A stretch of 64,000 nt of DNA, taken from Harriotta raleighana. Its lineage: Eukaryota. Position numbers and translations under genes: made by a program. Shown piece by piece: positions 25,652-38,470 of this stretch (its first letter is position 1; every line of letters starts with the position of its first letter). The notes under the pieces are model-generated. The model searched no databases. It was not told the DNA's origin and saw nothing but the letters and a program-made list of their open reading frames with translations. The stretch covers positions 930,369 to 994,368 of the forward strand of contig JBNZDD010013542.1 of the NCBI GenBank assembly GCA_050575255.1. The letters run 5' to 3'.

Positions 25652-26022
25652 CTATCTATCTGTTTTATTTTCCCCTGGGTTATAAGTGTGAATGTTTTCT
25701 GATGTGGATGATCTGGGCGAGGTAGCGGGAGAGGGTGTCGAGGATTTGTCTGATCCACCCCCGGTTTCCTTTGCAGTGTTAGTGAAGAAGAGAGGCCCAA
25801 ACCCTTCCCTCTCTCGCTTTTTCTGTTTCATTCTGCGGTTCTGGAACCAAATTTTGACTTGGGTTTCATTGAGCTCCAGAGTGGCAGCGATCTCTACACG
25901 CCTGGCCCTTGTCAGGTATTTGTTAAAATGGAATTCCTTCTCCAGCTCAGTTAATTGTTTGGTGGTGAAATTGGTCCTTGTTGTGTTCGGCTGACCGCCA
26001 AGTCCGTAGTCAGCAATTTTGG
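25652..26022 (-). CDS. hoxb1: Homeobox protein Hox-B1, exon 2 (homeodomain)
   Basis: [58 protein letters not shown]; acceptor ttccccag|CC, phase 1; TAG at 25654-25652. Confidence 0.96.
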
Positions 26023-26748
26023 CTGGGGAAAAAAAAAGAGAAAAAAAACAATTAGATCGATCCTTTAAGAGGAACCCTCCATTAGACGAAAAAATCAGCA
26101 CTTAATGTCCCGGAACTTAAGGGAAGTAAAGATAAAACATTAGCACTGGTGGTTTACACTGAAAACAAACTGCTTCGTTGAACGAAACTCAACAGACGTG
26201 AAATGAACAAAGCATTAACCTTAATTAGCTAGTTGCCAAACAAATTCTAAATGTTTGGTTTTATGCTCTAGCTATCTGGTTTGACAAAGAGGAGTCTTTG
26301 AGGAATGCACTAGGGCGGATCAACAAAGAAATTGGCATTTGAAGCAATTAAATAGAACCTGTGGGTGATATTGCGTTTTAACCAATATGGAGATTATGGG
26401 TATAGGTATATATATATAAACCTAACCATCAAAATGTTCTTCTCCACACCTGCCCTACATGTTAGATTCGGGTGAATTTCATAAAACCAGTTCATCTTGA
26501 GGGAAATGAGTGTGTGCGTGTGTGTGAGAGACAGAGAGAGCGAGATGGGGGAGGGGGCAAGGCGTCACCAAATGATTTAGTGCAATACGATGAAAATAAA
26601 GTTCAAGCACTTCAGCAAAAACAACCAATGAAAGGTAGTATAAATTCACTTTTTTAAAAAAAACTTTTGTGAAAGGAGCTTTAATTGGCTTCTCGCCATT
26701 TTTTCCCACCCACTCCGGCTAAGAGACTGGTGTTTATATTATACTGAC

Positions 26749-27334
26749 CTGTTTTAGGTGGGTTCCTCTTCACTTTCATCCAGTCAAACGTTTGACCCGA
26801 CGACGATGAATCAGAGGTGCATGATGGCTCATTCTCCCCTTCTTGAGGTGGAGACAGATTAGTGTAGGTTCCAAAGATCAAGCCCTGTTGCTCTTGGCCG
26901 TAGGAATGCTGATACTGACCCGACCCTGAGACACTAGAGTAGCCGTCTGCCAGGGGATTGCCGGGGGATGCTATACTACCAGTGTACCCCGTGGTCTGAA
27001 TGTATGCCCCATCTGACTCTTGGTTGAAAAAATAATGATGATTGTAAGGCAAGTTGCAAGTTTGGCTGGTATAGTTGGTGGGAGTGGTATTGGCGAATGG
27101 GATTCCCAGGTTGGAGTGATGCGAGTAGCTGGCTGGCTGGTGCTGATGCTGGTGTGCAATGTGCCCACTCCCTCCTGCTACGAATCGTCCATCACTATTG
27201 TCATTATTACCTGCACAGGGAGCGAAAGCTGTTATTCCTTGTTCTGAATGGTGGTAACTCTTGGGTGAGTAGGCGCTCGTCCCACGATTACAAATTGCAT
27301 ACTCTAAGAAGGAGTTCATCCTGGTATTGTCCAT
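26749..27334 (-). CDS. hoxb1: Homeobox protein Hox-B1, exon 1 (spliced protein 318 aa)
   Basis: MDNTRMNSFLEYAICNRG N-terminus; hexapeptide TFDWMKVKRNPPKT; donor ACAG|gtcagt, phase 1. Confidence 0.96.
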
Positions 27335-27461
27335 CTGCCAGTGATGGACGATCAACCTGTTCGGGATTTCTGTCCCTGCCCCTACAACCCCCAGCACTAT
27401 GTCAACCGGCAAACTTCCTCCATGGCTGGCTGGCAATCAAACGATATCACTCAGGAGGACA

Positions 27462-27490
27462 TTCACGTGACCCCCCGAGTCGCCAATGGC
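27462..27490 (-). promoter_or_regulatory. Hoxb1 proximal promoter CCAAT + E-box module
   Basis: TTCACGTGAC..CGCCAATGG; similar modules precede Hoxb2 (37157-37184) and Hoxb3 (43853-43888). Confidence 0.6.
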
Positions 27491-27524
27491 AGTGGACCTC
27501 CTGATGTTACTGAGCTCTGTGAGG

Positions 27525-27588
27525 TGATCCATCACCCGGTGACATTTACATCACAAAAGCCTTCAATCAAAGTTATTCGCATCAATCT
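27525..27588 (-). promoter_or_regulatory. Hoxb1 r4 autoregulatory element (b1-ARE)
   Basis: Minus strand in canonical order: R1 AGATTGATGC (27579-27588), R2 TGATTGAAGG (27560-27569), Sox/Oct CTTTTGTGATGTAAAT (27544-27559), R3 TGATGGATCA (27525-27534), with a TGACA site between. Confidence 0.9.
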
Positions 27589-30500
27589 GATAGAAACGCA
27601 TACGTCAGATTGACCATAGTGTGGGGTGGGGGGGATTGGGTGGTGGTGGGGGGGCGGGGGGGATAAAGTTGGAATTATTCAACATTGTCTTTAAAGTGTT
27701 AAAAAGATTTGGTCATACCATGTATCTCAGCTGCCCAGAAAACGTGGGTACAAAATCTCGTTGTAACATCAATTTTCAAGTAGGTAATTTAGTGCATTTT
27801 AAAGTGTGCCTGATTTGAATGATTGTTTGATTAATGTAGTTTTGCAAGAGCAAAGTATTCTATTTTAGAGTACTGTGCTTGATTTCCAAAACAAAATAAT
27901 CAGAATACAGACCTGCCTTTTACATCATTCTGAAACTTTGTTTTAAACCCAAGGTAAAGTACATTGATCAGCGTTATGACAGCAGCACCGATAAACAGGC
28001 GGTTATTGTACAAGGAGGGTCATTAAAATAACTTATTTGCTTTGAGAATGAACTACAATGATCTTTCTGCGAATGCTGTAGTGTATTAAACGATATGATG
28101 CGTCTGTATGACTTTTTAAAGGAAATATATGTGTCCCATGAGATGTTTGATAAAGAGGTTCATAAGAATGTGATACAGATGCGTATTAGCCTGGACGAAT
28201 TGCACGTTGCTTAACTGCTATCTTTTTGTTCCAATTTTGCAATTCGCTGGAAACCAGTGGGTGTTATGAGAATCATCAGTTACATTTAGAAATGCAATAT
28301 TAAACTTATCATGTTTGCTTATTCGCGAAACTGTACAGCATTGAAGCATTGAAAAAATACTGCTAGGTCCGCCTGACGATGTGTATTTAATAGTTCGGGA
28401 GTTCAGCCTATACTTAGAGAATTAAAATAGAGATAATGTCTATTTAACAGGCTCACAACCACAGTGCTGGAAGATAAGTGATTGTCTTGGGAAAGCAGTA
28501 TACCTGATCAATTCATCAATAATATGATAAATCAATCGGTACAAGTTGAATAGACGGTTGGATCTTTAAAAAATGGATTGAGAAATACTACTATTACATA
28601 ACTCAATCTTGTGGTGAAGCTCAAAGCTACCTGAGAGAGGGAGCGCTCACAGTAATGGGGAGAAATCCATCATCTCATTGCTCATTGGTTCCAGGAATCC
28701 GGCTGGAACTTTTGAAATAGTTATCAGCCTTGGCATGCTTTATATGTTTACCCCTTTAAAGTTCTGGAGTTCAGAGAATCAGTGGAACCGAAAGTGACAC
28801 AATATCTTTTATAAAGTAGAGGGTAATGGTTCACCCTGGTTAAAAGTAAACATGCGCCCATCCGACACATGGTCCCAACATTGAGTTTTGTTCGCTGTCA
28901 GGCTATATGGTATTATCCCAGCATTTAAGCACATTTAATATGTTTGACATAATAAGATGCTATTCTCTTTACATTCAGAGTTATCAGATATATACACACA
29001 GTTTAGTGGTGATTAGCTGGATGCCCGAGGCTTACAATTATACTAATTTACTCAGTTAACAGAAAAAGATTAATTGTACAGTATGTGATGTGTCACTGTT
29101 GTACCTAGACATTCGGGCTGTTTCGTCGCCCGCCATCTGTTAGGTTCATGGAGTGCTTATATTTTTTACATAATGATACCTTATCACTGTCACTGAATTC
29201 AAGAAACATTATTTTTGCCTTCACTCATTCAGTCGGTGGATCCATATGTCAGAGGCAGTTCTGGCAGCAAGCAATTTAAATGCTTTGAGGTCCGTTTTAT
29301 TTTACTACTGCTTACCACAACCATAGTGTCAGAGACACAAACATGACATAGGGGGGATATAGAGTGGAGAGAGGTAGATAAAGAGAGAGAAGGTGCTCGG
29401 GGAGAAGGGGAGCGGGGGTTTGTGTGGGTGGTAGTGGTGGACGGTTATTTTAAGACCAACAGCCCTACCTAAAATATAATACAGAAGATTGAATCATTAC
29501 TGAGAAGGTACTTTGTATTAACTAACCCAAACTAAGTTTTAAAACGCATGTTTGCTGTGTTACACAATGCTGAAGTAACTCTGGAAGTTTATTGATAGCA
29601 AAACAATATTACTGTTGCACCACAGCCTCCCTTGACTGGGGGGTTTAACACGTGCTAGTGTAATTTAGATTGCAAGTGAGAAGCATAAATAGTGTTCATT
29701 TACCAGCTGGCTTTGCACAGTATGAGGTGCAGATTGACCCCATTGGTTGGATAAAAGGTTTTAGCGAGTAAAACTTTGAGGAGTTTAACTTTTGCCTGAA
29801 CGGTAGTCAGCCTGGACTCTTGCGTTTTCTACTTAATGTATTGCAACAAAATAGATTATGTGCAATCCTGCAACCTGGCTGTACAATGTTTATTTAATTA
29901 ATGATTTGAAAATAACGTTACTGACATCTCTTACTTAATAAAAATTTAATTTCCATTTCGAACTGTGCATTAGTGGATAGAACGTAGTTGACAGAAATGA
30001 ATAGTTGTATCCAGCATGCAGTTCATTTTTATTAATTACAGGTCGAGGATATTTGGGAGAATGAATTCAACCATACATATCCTTTTCCATTCCTCTTTTA
30101 TGCTTTTTAGCTAAATTCACTTTAAGATATGTACACATTTCTCTCGCTTGCTTTCATTAAAAAAGAAATAATCTAAAAATGAGTTTTCATTATATTCCCA
30201 AATTAATGACAATTTCATCCGATTGATGATATGTCATGTCTATTATATATTTTGTTCATTTTTAACTCATCAAATTAAGCTTAAAATAGATGTCCTCACA
30301 GTTATCGTAATAGCTAGGCGTACATGAGACTCGAGAAGGGGAACTTGAGAGAAACTAGAGAACCAGGCTTTAAGTGAGTTGTCACAAACTGATTAGATTT
30401 AGTTTGTGCCTCAGTTGGGTAAAGATCCATTTGGTTTCAAATAGAAAGAGTGAAAATTCGATCAATATTCTTGGTGATTTTCAAAATACTAATGCAATCA

Positions 30501-30618
30501 TTGAGGCGAGCTTTTTCTGTATCATTTTTTTCCGATTCCATCTGGGGGTTCCCACATTAACTGCAATGTAATATTCAGTTGATCCCCTCCTCCCACCGTT
30601 TAACATGAAAACTGCAGA

Positions 30619-30875
30619 TAATAATCCTTGCATTTGATGTAGTGCTTTTCATGTCTTCTAGATGTCTCAAAGCGCTTTGCAGAATATACTGTGCATTTGT
30701 GGGTGAAATGTGGCAGAAAATTGTACATAGCAGTGTCCCACAACAGTCGTGGATTGACATGACCAATTTTGTTTTGAAGGATTATTATTAGGCGTGTGCT
30801 GTAAGGAATCTTGCCCAAGGTTTCACCATGCCTGGAATTGAACCCATGTCTCACACCACTAAGCTACATGATTCC
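30619..30875 (-). mobile_element. SINE copy inside the Hoxb1-Hoxb2 intergenic region
   Basis: Same tail, body and partly deleted head as 7897-8210. Confidence 0.85.
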
Positions 30876-30929
30876 ACATTCATGAGAATATTTCTTTCCT
30901 GCTCGAATTTCGTTTTTGGATGGTTTTTA

Positions 30930-31270
30930 ATGCACAAGAATATAGGAAAACAGGATCAATAGAGACCATCCAACCCATCCAAACTGCTCCACCAATGAAT
31001 TAGATCTTACTAAATCTTTTAATCCCAATGTCATGCACTTCATCTTCTTCATACCCCTTCTACCCAAGCATCTGTCAAGATCTCTTTTTTTAAAAAAAAA
31101 TGATTGTCCCAGATTTCTGGGCAGAGCATTTCAAATCTTCACAACCTTCCGTCTGAACAAAATTCCTGACCTCAGTTCTGACTCAGTTCTGTTTTTTAAG
31201 GTTTTGTCTCTTGAAATGGATCTGTCTACCAGAAAGAAACGTGGTCCATCAATTCCATTCATTATTTGAG
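30930..31270 (-). mobile_element. CR1-like 3' remnant inside the cluster
   Basis: CACAAGAATATAGGAAAACAGGA..GACCATCCAACCCATCCAAACTGCTCCACC resembles the reverse complement of the CR1 end at 10030-10110. Confidence 0.6.
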
Positions 31271-31543
31271 TGCACTTCAATCTAACATAATAAAAAAAGT
31301 GAAACTTTTAAAATTGATCTGTCCTATATATTCCTCGCCTGACCTTGTTTTTTGTACAGTTGGAATACAGTTACCCTCCCCCAACCAGTTAATGCATTGA
31401 GATAGGAGAAGTACCTCATTGTCGTCTTAAGGGGGCTCTATACTATATGAGGTAATAGTTAGTAAAGATCCAATGACTTCCTTCATACAGGAGATATACT
31501 GCCCCACCACCCCATCTTCCTCTCCCCCTGTTCACACCCACCC

Positions 31544-31601
<58 letters not shown>

Positions 31602-34600
31602 NCCCCCCCCCCCCCCCCCCCCCCCCCCAACACCACCCAATTCACATATACTGCTAAGAATTTCACCTACAGCGCCTGGTCTTCTCAATACTCGGTTTCC
31701 GAGTACATGCACAACTTCATTGGGGTTCCATTGGTCAGAATTATCTAAAATAATCTCAAATTGAACGTGTTAAAAAAAAAAATGGTCTCTTAGTAGAATA
31801 GGAAGTAGTGCGGTGTGAAATCCGTTTTAAAATCTTTTAAAATATAATTGTTTATTTTTCAGTATATTGCCCACAGGCAAAAATTGGGACATCAGCTGCA
31901 GCAAACTATGTAAATTGCAGCATATTGTTCCAGGAAGTGGTGGTGCGGAATCAGTGTATGAATAAATATATTGTATTTATGTTGGTTGCTGATTTACCAT
32001 TTCCGTTTCATGTGTTTCGGAAGAGGACTGATTAAAATAAAAACTACCGGATCTTTCAAGAGGAATAAAGTAGACGTTTTACACATTGTAATGTTCACAA
32101 TCCGAAATAGACAAGTAATAGTGTATTTCACACTGGGACACAATATGTACATTGATGTGTAAAATAAATCCACTGCAATACTGAATAGTCGCTGTGGGTT
32201 ATTTTTAGTTGCTACAGAAGCAAATTCAGTATCTAATACTTATCAATCTTGGTTTATAGCTTGTCTTATTCTGAAGAATGGTGAACTGTTTTTTATTTTA
32301 TTTTACAGCATTGCTTTTGAAACAATATTTAAGTTTTATTTCAGGAATGATATGTCAACTGTTCATTGATTTTGAATGTATGAACCTGATCAGAAATTGA
32401 CAACTAGGAAGATAAATAAAGGGGATACAAATGTATTTAAGGAAGGGCGGATTGAGTGGTTAGTTCCCATTTATTAAGGCTGTTCTGTGGGCGTAGAATT
32501 GATTTGTAATTGTCACTGCCGTGTTCTCTGGACGTGAAGCAAGTTTTACTGGTCATTATGCTATGTAAAGAGGCGCTCGTTAGAGATTTGTATTGATAAC
32601 ATGTCAGGGGCTGCGTAAGGAAGTTGAAGGAGTTTGTACTCAATTAAGCTGTCATGTATTTATTGAAATAGGAAAACAACGAAATTCTATGAAAAAAAAT
32701 GAAAACGCAAATACTTCCTAAAACCTTGTAACTTGAATTGTACTAAAAACATGTAAACAAAATGCACCACTGGAAGCTTCCTCGATAGTCATCTGTTCTT
32801 AATTCTTTTTAATTGCCAAGGAAACTGTTTTTCTGTAGGTTCCTTTCTCTGTCTCTGTGTGTCTGTTTCCCCCCATATCACTCGCTTTCTCTTTTTCCTC
32901 TGGACACTGCAGTTTGCTTGATTGATAAACAAAACGACTCATTGTTATGGAAAGCCCATAAACTTTGTCCATCCCTACATGATTACATATGCGCATTTCC
33001 TTGCGTAACCTGTACATTTAAAAATATATATAAAGTTGTTTGATAGCTGTGATCTAAGACCAAAATTATCTTATTAAATAGGCGGAATGCAATGCAATGA
33101 AAATAATGTTAAATAGAATGTTTAGCTATACGTTCACAAAAAGTGAAAAGGGTGAAAGCTCACTGGATTTTGAAAGGGCCGATTTGTGCTTTTCAAAACA
33201 ACAACAAAATTATATTTGTATAGCGCCTTACACGTCAGGGGGCGTCCCAGGGCGTTGACATAACAATGTTTTATGTTTTTAAAGTTCCAAATGAGAAATA
33301 AAAATTGAGCATTTAAGATAGTGTTTTGAAAAAGGTAAAGCTTGCATATTAAATTACCCTGGAATAAAAACGTTAATCAGCACTGGGATGTATGTTTAAA
33401 TGTTGAATACATTGGGTTGCCATTTTGAAATTGGATCATCCAGATTTGCTGGTTGGTGTAACATTGCCTCTGACTAAATTTCCGTCTTACTTGGGAAACA
33501 CCCGTGACTAGGCAAATACGTAATATGATTTATTTTTTGTGTCACTGCGATTGATTTCTCCAATGACCCCCCTCATTCGCAAAGCAGCTTGATGTATGAG
33601 TTTGGTTAAAAAAAACATCTTGTAAAGAAACCTCCTTTGGCACGGCACGTGGAGGCTGCAAAGTGGAGCACAATTGAGAATAAAAAATGAAGTTATGATC
33701 GATGTGGCTGACGATATTGTGGCAAGTTTGGAAAGGGTTCCCCTTCACTTTCCCTGTCTGCCTTTAATTCTCTATCTCGTGCTGCAAGTAAATCTTCTGT
33801 CTTATATCATCCCAGCATTCTATTATTTTTAACCCTAAATCTATTTTTCCCCAAATTCCATTGGATGTATTTTCCGGTGTGGGAGGGTGGGGGGGTTGGG
33901 GTTGCTCTCTCTCATTTGCAGGGACAAATTTCACTAAAACTAACTTACCATTAACACCACCTAGACCTGATTGAAGTTAAATAATTTCTTCAAGAATTAA
34001 ATAGTTACACTCCATCAGAAGTTTATCTTAAATTATATCAGATAGCAGTAGCTAAAGATTGACTTATTGTGTTTGAATACCGTCCGTGTGTGGGTTGCGC
34101 GTGTGTGTGTGTGTAGGGTGGGGGAGGGGTGGGGGGCAGGGAAGAGAGTAAATTGAGCCCAACAGGACATCTGCTAAAACTATCGTTAGTTTTTTTTAAA
34201 AAGGTTTGCACTCTCGCCTTTTCTATTAGTTTGCAGTATTTTCCACTTTATACATTCGAAAATAAATGTGAAAATAATTTTCTTAGGAGTTTAAAAAATA
34301 AATCAAAACAAAAATCAGGGAAATGGAAATCACTTCGTTTAATTCTTGCACAAGCGGTTCGCCAGTAAAGACACTGTTACAAGTGATATCCCAGCACTGG
34401 GTTGGTTTCTATAAATAGAGTTTGGTCAAACTTGATAATAAAACCGCCAAAAAAAAAGGAATCTAACATTGACACCGCAGAATAATGGCCGAGTCACAGA
34501 TACAAAGCAGAAAATAAAGCTTTTTTATATGTTTAATTATTGATCCCTTTTGTTTTAGGCCATATTTGCGTTAAAGCTTATCACTACCATCCAATTTTTC

Positions 34601-34794
34601 AGAATGAACTGAGTGCCCAATGTAAAGTTATATGTACGTTTAACTATGGGGTGGGGGGAGGAGGGGGAAGAATTCCTCCTCGAATCTTTCTTTCCAGTTA
34701 CAGCGAGTAACGTGTGAACAATTTGGTATTGCTTGATAATAGTAGACAAGAATCCTGACAACACACACAACGAAGATTCATTAAAGAATTAAGT

Positions 34795-34800
34795 TTTATT
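34795..34800 (-). terminator. Probable Hoxb2 polyadenylation signal
   Basis: AATAAA on the minus strand ~490 nt after the stop, preceded by a U-rich TGTA-containing tract. Confidence 0.5.
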
Positions 34801-35292
34801 TCACCTATGAAAATAATGTACAATAAATAATTTAAAATCCACTATTTGAAAGTTCATTTTAATAAATAGGCTACCTCCGAAACATAAAGACCAGGACACA
34901 GTCGCGGCGTTGGAACGCTAGGAGAAAGCAGTTTGCTATAAATACAATTTTCAAAATGTGCTTCCTGAGTAGGCGAGAGTAGGCGGGAAGAGGGGCAGAA
35001 TCTACAATTGTTTGCATTGTCTTTCAATATTTCGACTATTTCGTATTGGTTGTGAAACTGAAGCTAAATCAGATACGCATTTAATGAAATACCTGTGCAA
35101 ATAAAGTCTGCAATTCTCGTGGACTCCATACCAAGGCAGAAGACTACATTTAATGTAGATGATTCCTGTCCCTGTGCCACAGATACGTTGTTCCACATTA
35201 TTGACACTTAGAATGAAAAACGGGGAGAAAAAATAATGAACTCGGTTAACCCGTGCCTTAACTTCTACACTGTCTAACGTTTTTTCCAAATG

Positions 35293-36005
35293 TTATTGGA
35301 AATTGAGGTGCTGTAAGTCAATTGTGCAGAGGGCGCTTGTGAAAATATCAAAATTGTCTTCAGGGAGTTCCACAGGGCTATCGATAGAACACAAGCTGGG
35401 AGATAATCCTTCGGAAAACGGAAGGCAAGAATCCGTAGAAAACATGTTTAAATCAGGCAATGAGGAGAGTTCGAGGGCGTCTGGGCTAAGATAGGCCAGG
35501 CCAGCTATACAATCTTGCCCTGATGGAAACCCGTTTTCAACAGTGGGCGTTTGGTGTAGAAAGATTCTGTTGTTTTTGTCGCCCGCACAGATAGTCAGAT
35601 CCTGGAGATTTTGGAGTTCTTTACTGAGCGTGTTTTGGCTTTGCTTTTTCGGCTGGTCGGTGGAGTTTTTGTGGTCTAAATAAGGCATTGTTGCCTCAAT
35701 CGGCTGGCTATACGGAGAGATTTCTGTTGCCTCGTCCTCTGTTACCGGAGTGTTGGAAAAAACGGCTTCCCCGTCCTGGTTTTCTTTATATTGTCCTTGC
35801 CTCTTGTGTTTCATACGACGGTTTTGGAACCAGACTTTAACTTGTCTCTCGGTTAAATCCAGCAGCGCTGCAATCTCCACCCGCCGTGGTCTGCACAGGT
35901 ATTTGTTGAAGTGAAATTCTTTCTCCAGTTCCAGGAGCTGAGTGTTTGTGTAAGCTGTCCTTAACCTCCGGCAGCCGGAGCTATTATCTTGATCACTATG
36001 TACTT
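35293..36005 (-). CDS. hoxb2: Homeobox protein Hox-B2, exon 2
   Basis: [58 protein letters not shown]; C-terminal [12 protein letters not shown]; acceptor ggtag|AA, phase 1. Confidence 0.95.
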
Positions 36006-36638
36006 CTACCAAGAGACCACAGTGAAGGGGGAAAGAGAAATAAAGTAAAGTGGTTGAAATGTACTTTGAAAGGGATTTAAAAACCGCAATCAGAAAATTG
36101 TTTCCCCCCCAAAAAAACACATTCTTGTCAATATCACTCGAATTTCATTCAAATCAGTTCAGTCTTATTTTTTGGAGGGTGGGGGGGGGGGGGTGAGGTT
36201 ATGTGAATTTGACAATGTGGTTCTTTGTGAAACAACCCTGTAGCTTTTGCCACTGACCATTCAAGCTCTGCTCAATATGAACATGGCTGCCGAAAATGCA
36301 AATGACATAGCTGCAATATATATAACCTCTTTCACAATCTTAAGACAAATCGCATATTAAAATAACATTAAATAAAATATTACAATAAATCAGCATTTTT
36401 ACAGCCCAAGCACTAAGATCAGTCAAGACAATTATAAATGCATTTCATAAATCACTGTGTAATAAAATTACAAATTAACTGTATGCTTTATAAGATGTTG
36501 CCATCGACACCACATTTGCTAAATACACACACACCAATTAAATGTCAGGTTGAAGGTTTGTGTAAACGCCTTTTTAAAAATATATAATTTTAGCAAGTTG
36601 TCTAGACAATAAAGAGGGAATCTAGATTCTGGGCAGAC

Positions 36639-37014
36639 CTGTCGGAGACTCAGCCGATTGAGTGCACCCAAGGGCCGGGGTAGGTTGCGTTGGAGGTGCC
36701 TGACTGTTTTTCTTTGAACACTTTTTTTCTTTCATCCACGGGAACTCTGTGGTGCCTGAAAGAGCGGGCGGAGACTGCAAGAGGCCATTTGAAGGCCGCT
36801 TTTGCCGATTTGGCCGCGGCTGGCTGCTGCTGGCATTCAAGCTCGGGATGGTCTGCTCAAAAGGAGGAGGAATTAGTGTCGAGTGTGAAAGCGTCGAGTT
36901 CTTGATTGATGAACTTTGAAATGTATCAACGACAGCGGGGAAGGACGTCAGACACTCGGCAAGCGACGGCTGACTGTTAATAAAACCAATCTCTCGCTCG
37001 AATTCGAAATTCAT
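36639..37014 (-). CDS. hoxb2: Homeobox protein Hox-B2, exon 1 (spliced protein ~362 aa)
   Basis: [26 protein letters not shown]; EFPWMKEKK hexapeptide; donor ACAG|gtctgc (weak consensus but phase-compatible). Confidence 0.94.
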
Positions 37015-38174
37015 GGCCTCCTTTACCCCCCGAATGGAGAATGTTAGGAATATGGTAGGCCGAGAAAAAAATAATTCTGTATCTCTGATATTACACGGCG
37101 TATGGGGACCTTCCTCTATTAAACTGAAGACTAGGTTGAAATTGGACCAAATTCCTTGTCACATGATTGGCGTTGTCCAATGGCAATTTAGGGTCTAATG
37201 AAAAAGAAAGCATTATCTCCACAATTGATCCAAAAAAGTCGAGGAAAAAATCCGCTATATTCCACTCACCCCCCCCCCCCCCCCCCCCCCCCCCCGNACT
37301 TCCACAGCCCCCTCCCCCCCCCCCAACCCCCACAGGCCAGAGTTTACAATGAACGTGTTAAGTTTCCTCAATAATTCATGCCATTATAAATTGCAATATT
37401 TTAAAAGGGTGCACGCTTTATTTTTCGTCTTTTTAAAAAAAATCAGCTCAATCCATAATACTGTCCTTGCAATTCAAGCGAAAATGAAATGTACCTAAAA
37501 TCTGGCGGCTTGAGTGATTAACAAGGTATCTCATTAATCTTCAAAGTTTTGACAAGACGGTCGGTCAGTAACAAAATAGAACTTTCACCAGAGCAGACAG
37601 GCAGTTGCTATTTGCTTGTATGAAAGTTCCAAGCTATTGAAAGCAGCCTCTCCATCTTGGACATAATGATCAAAACGTACTTTGCCGATTTTCGATGAGG
37701 GACAGAAATGTTAGCTTTTCAAATGAAAAGTTTTTTTTCTGAAATAGGTAAGTATCGCATTTTAATTGGGGGAAGGGGGATATTTCAGAGCATTTCAGAA
37801 GGATATTATTGAGTTATTTCTGGCTTCTCAAAACATGTTTTCTGAATATTATATCAATTTGATAAGAAATTCATAATTTGTTTTTACCTCTCGCTCTAGC
37901 TAACTTCATACCCAATGCTACACTAATTGCATTTAGTGTAATTACTACAAAAAAAGGTTAGTTATATCCACAATCGAAAACTTCGTCTGAAAGTCATGCA
38001 AAATATACTAAAATTTTATCAATTGCCATTGTTTTGTTGTTGAAACAACAAGTTTTTTTTTCTTTTTGAAGCAAAAGCTTTTTTTTATTAAAAAAAAGAA
38101 AAATGTCTTAAGGGTTGCGACAGAATTCTTTTTAAAAAGCAAATCGAGCTGCAAGAAAAAACTCAAGGCAGGAA

Positions 38175-38207
38175 CGATCAATCTTTCCCCATCGAATAGC
38201 TTGACAG
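38175..38207 (-). promoter_or_regulatory. Hoxb2 r4 enhancer core (Pbx/Hox + Prep/Meis)
   Basis: AGATTGATCG (38175-38184), the Hoxb2 Pbx-Hoxb1 site as I recall it, plus TGACAG at 38202-38207, ~1.2 kb 5' of the ATG. Confidence 0.85.
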
Positions 38208-38417
38208 CCTTCCCATATCAAATACCAGGACGTCAGCCTGGCCATTCTTCCTGTAAAATGTTCATGTGGACATAAAGGCCGTTTATTTTCATGTAAAGGC
38301 ACTAACATAATATATATATATAATGTAAATCCATGTGAGAGAGATAAAGTGTGTTTTTTAACGTCCATGCCTTTAAGGGAAAATATAACAGTTCAAATTT
38401 CACTGGTGAAGGGATCA

Positions 38418-38470
38418 GTGTGGGTAGTGTTGGGGCCTAGTAACCTTTGTTTGTTAAACGTGTGTGGGTG
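38418..38470 (+). promoter_or_regulatory. Probable Hoxb2 r3/r5 enhancer: Krox20/Egr2-like sites with a Box1/Sox-like motif
   Basis: GTGTGGGTA (38418-38426), CCTTTGT (38444-38450), GTGTGGGTG (38462-38470), next to the r4 element as in other vertebrates. Confidence 0.6.

Noticed and set aside
25692-25994. Plus-strand ORFs antisense to Hox exons (also 27020-27504, 35303-35494, 41852-42055, 43375-43563)
   Set aside because: Shadow frames of real coding exons with no independent signal
27335-27436. In-frame N-terminal extension of Hoxb1 in the ORF track
   Set aside because: Starts at TTG in the promoter/leader; the conserved start is MDNTRMNSF at 27334
31443-31748. Poly-Gly/poly-Pro ORFs (also 37091-37352, 53369-53951, 61833-62051)
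   Set aside because: Translations of G/C homopolymers next to N gaps; run lengths are probably unreliable and there is no coding evidence
36235-36243. ACCCTGTAG resembling the miR-10 5' end in the Hoxb2 intron
   Set aside because: No rest of the mature sequence and no hairpin partner; miR-10 is expected 5' of Hoxb4, outside the window
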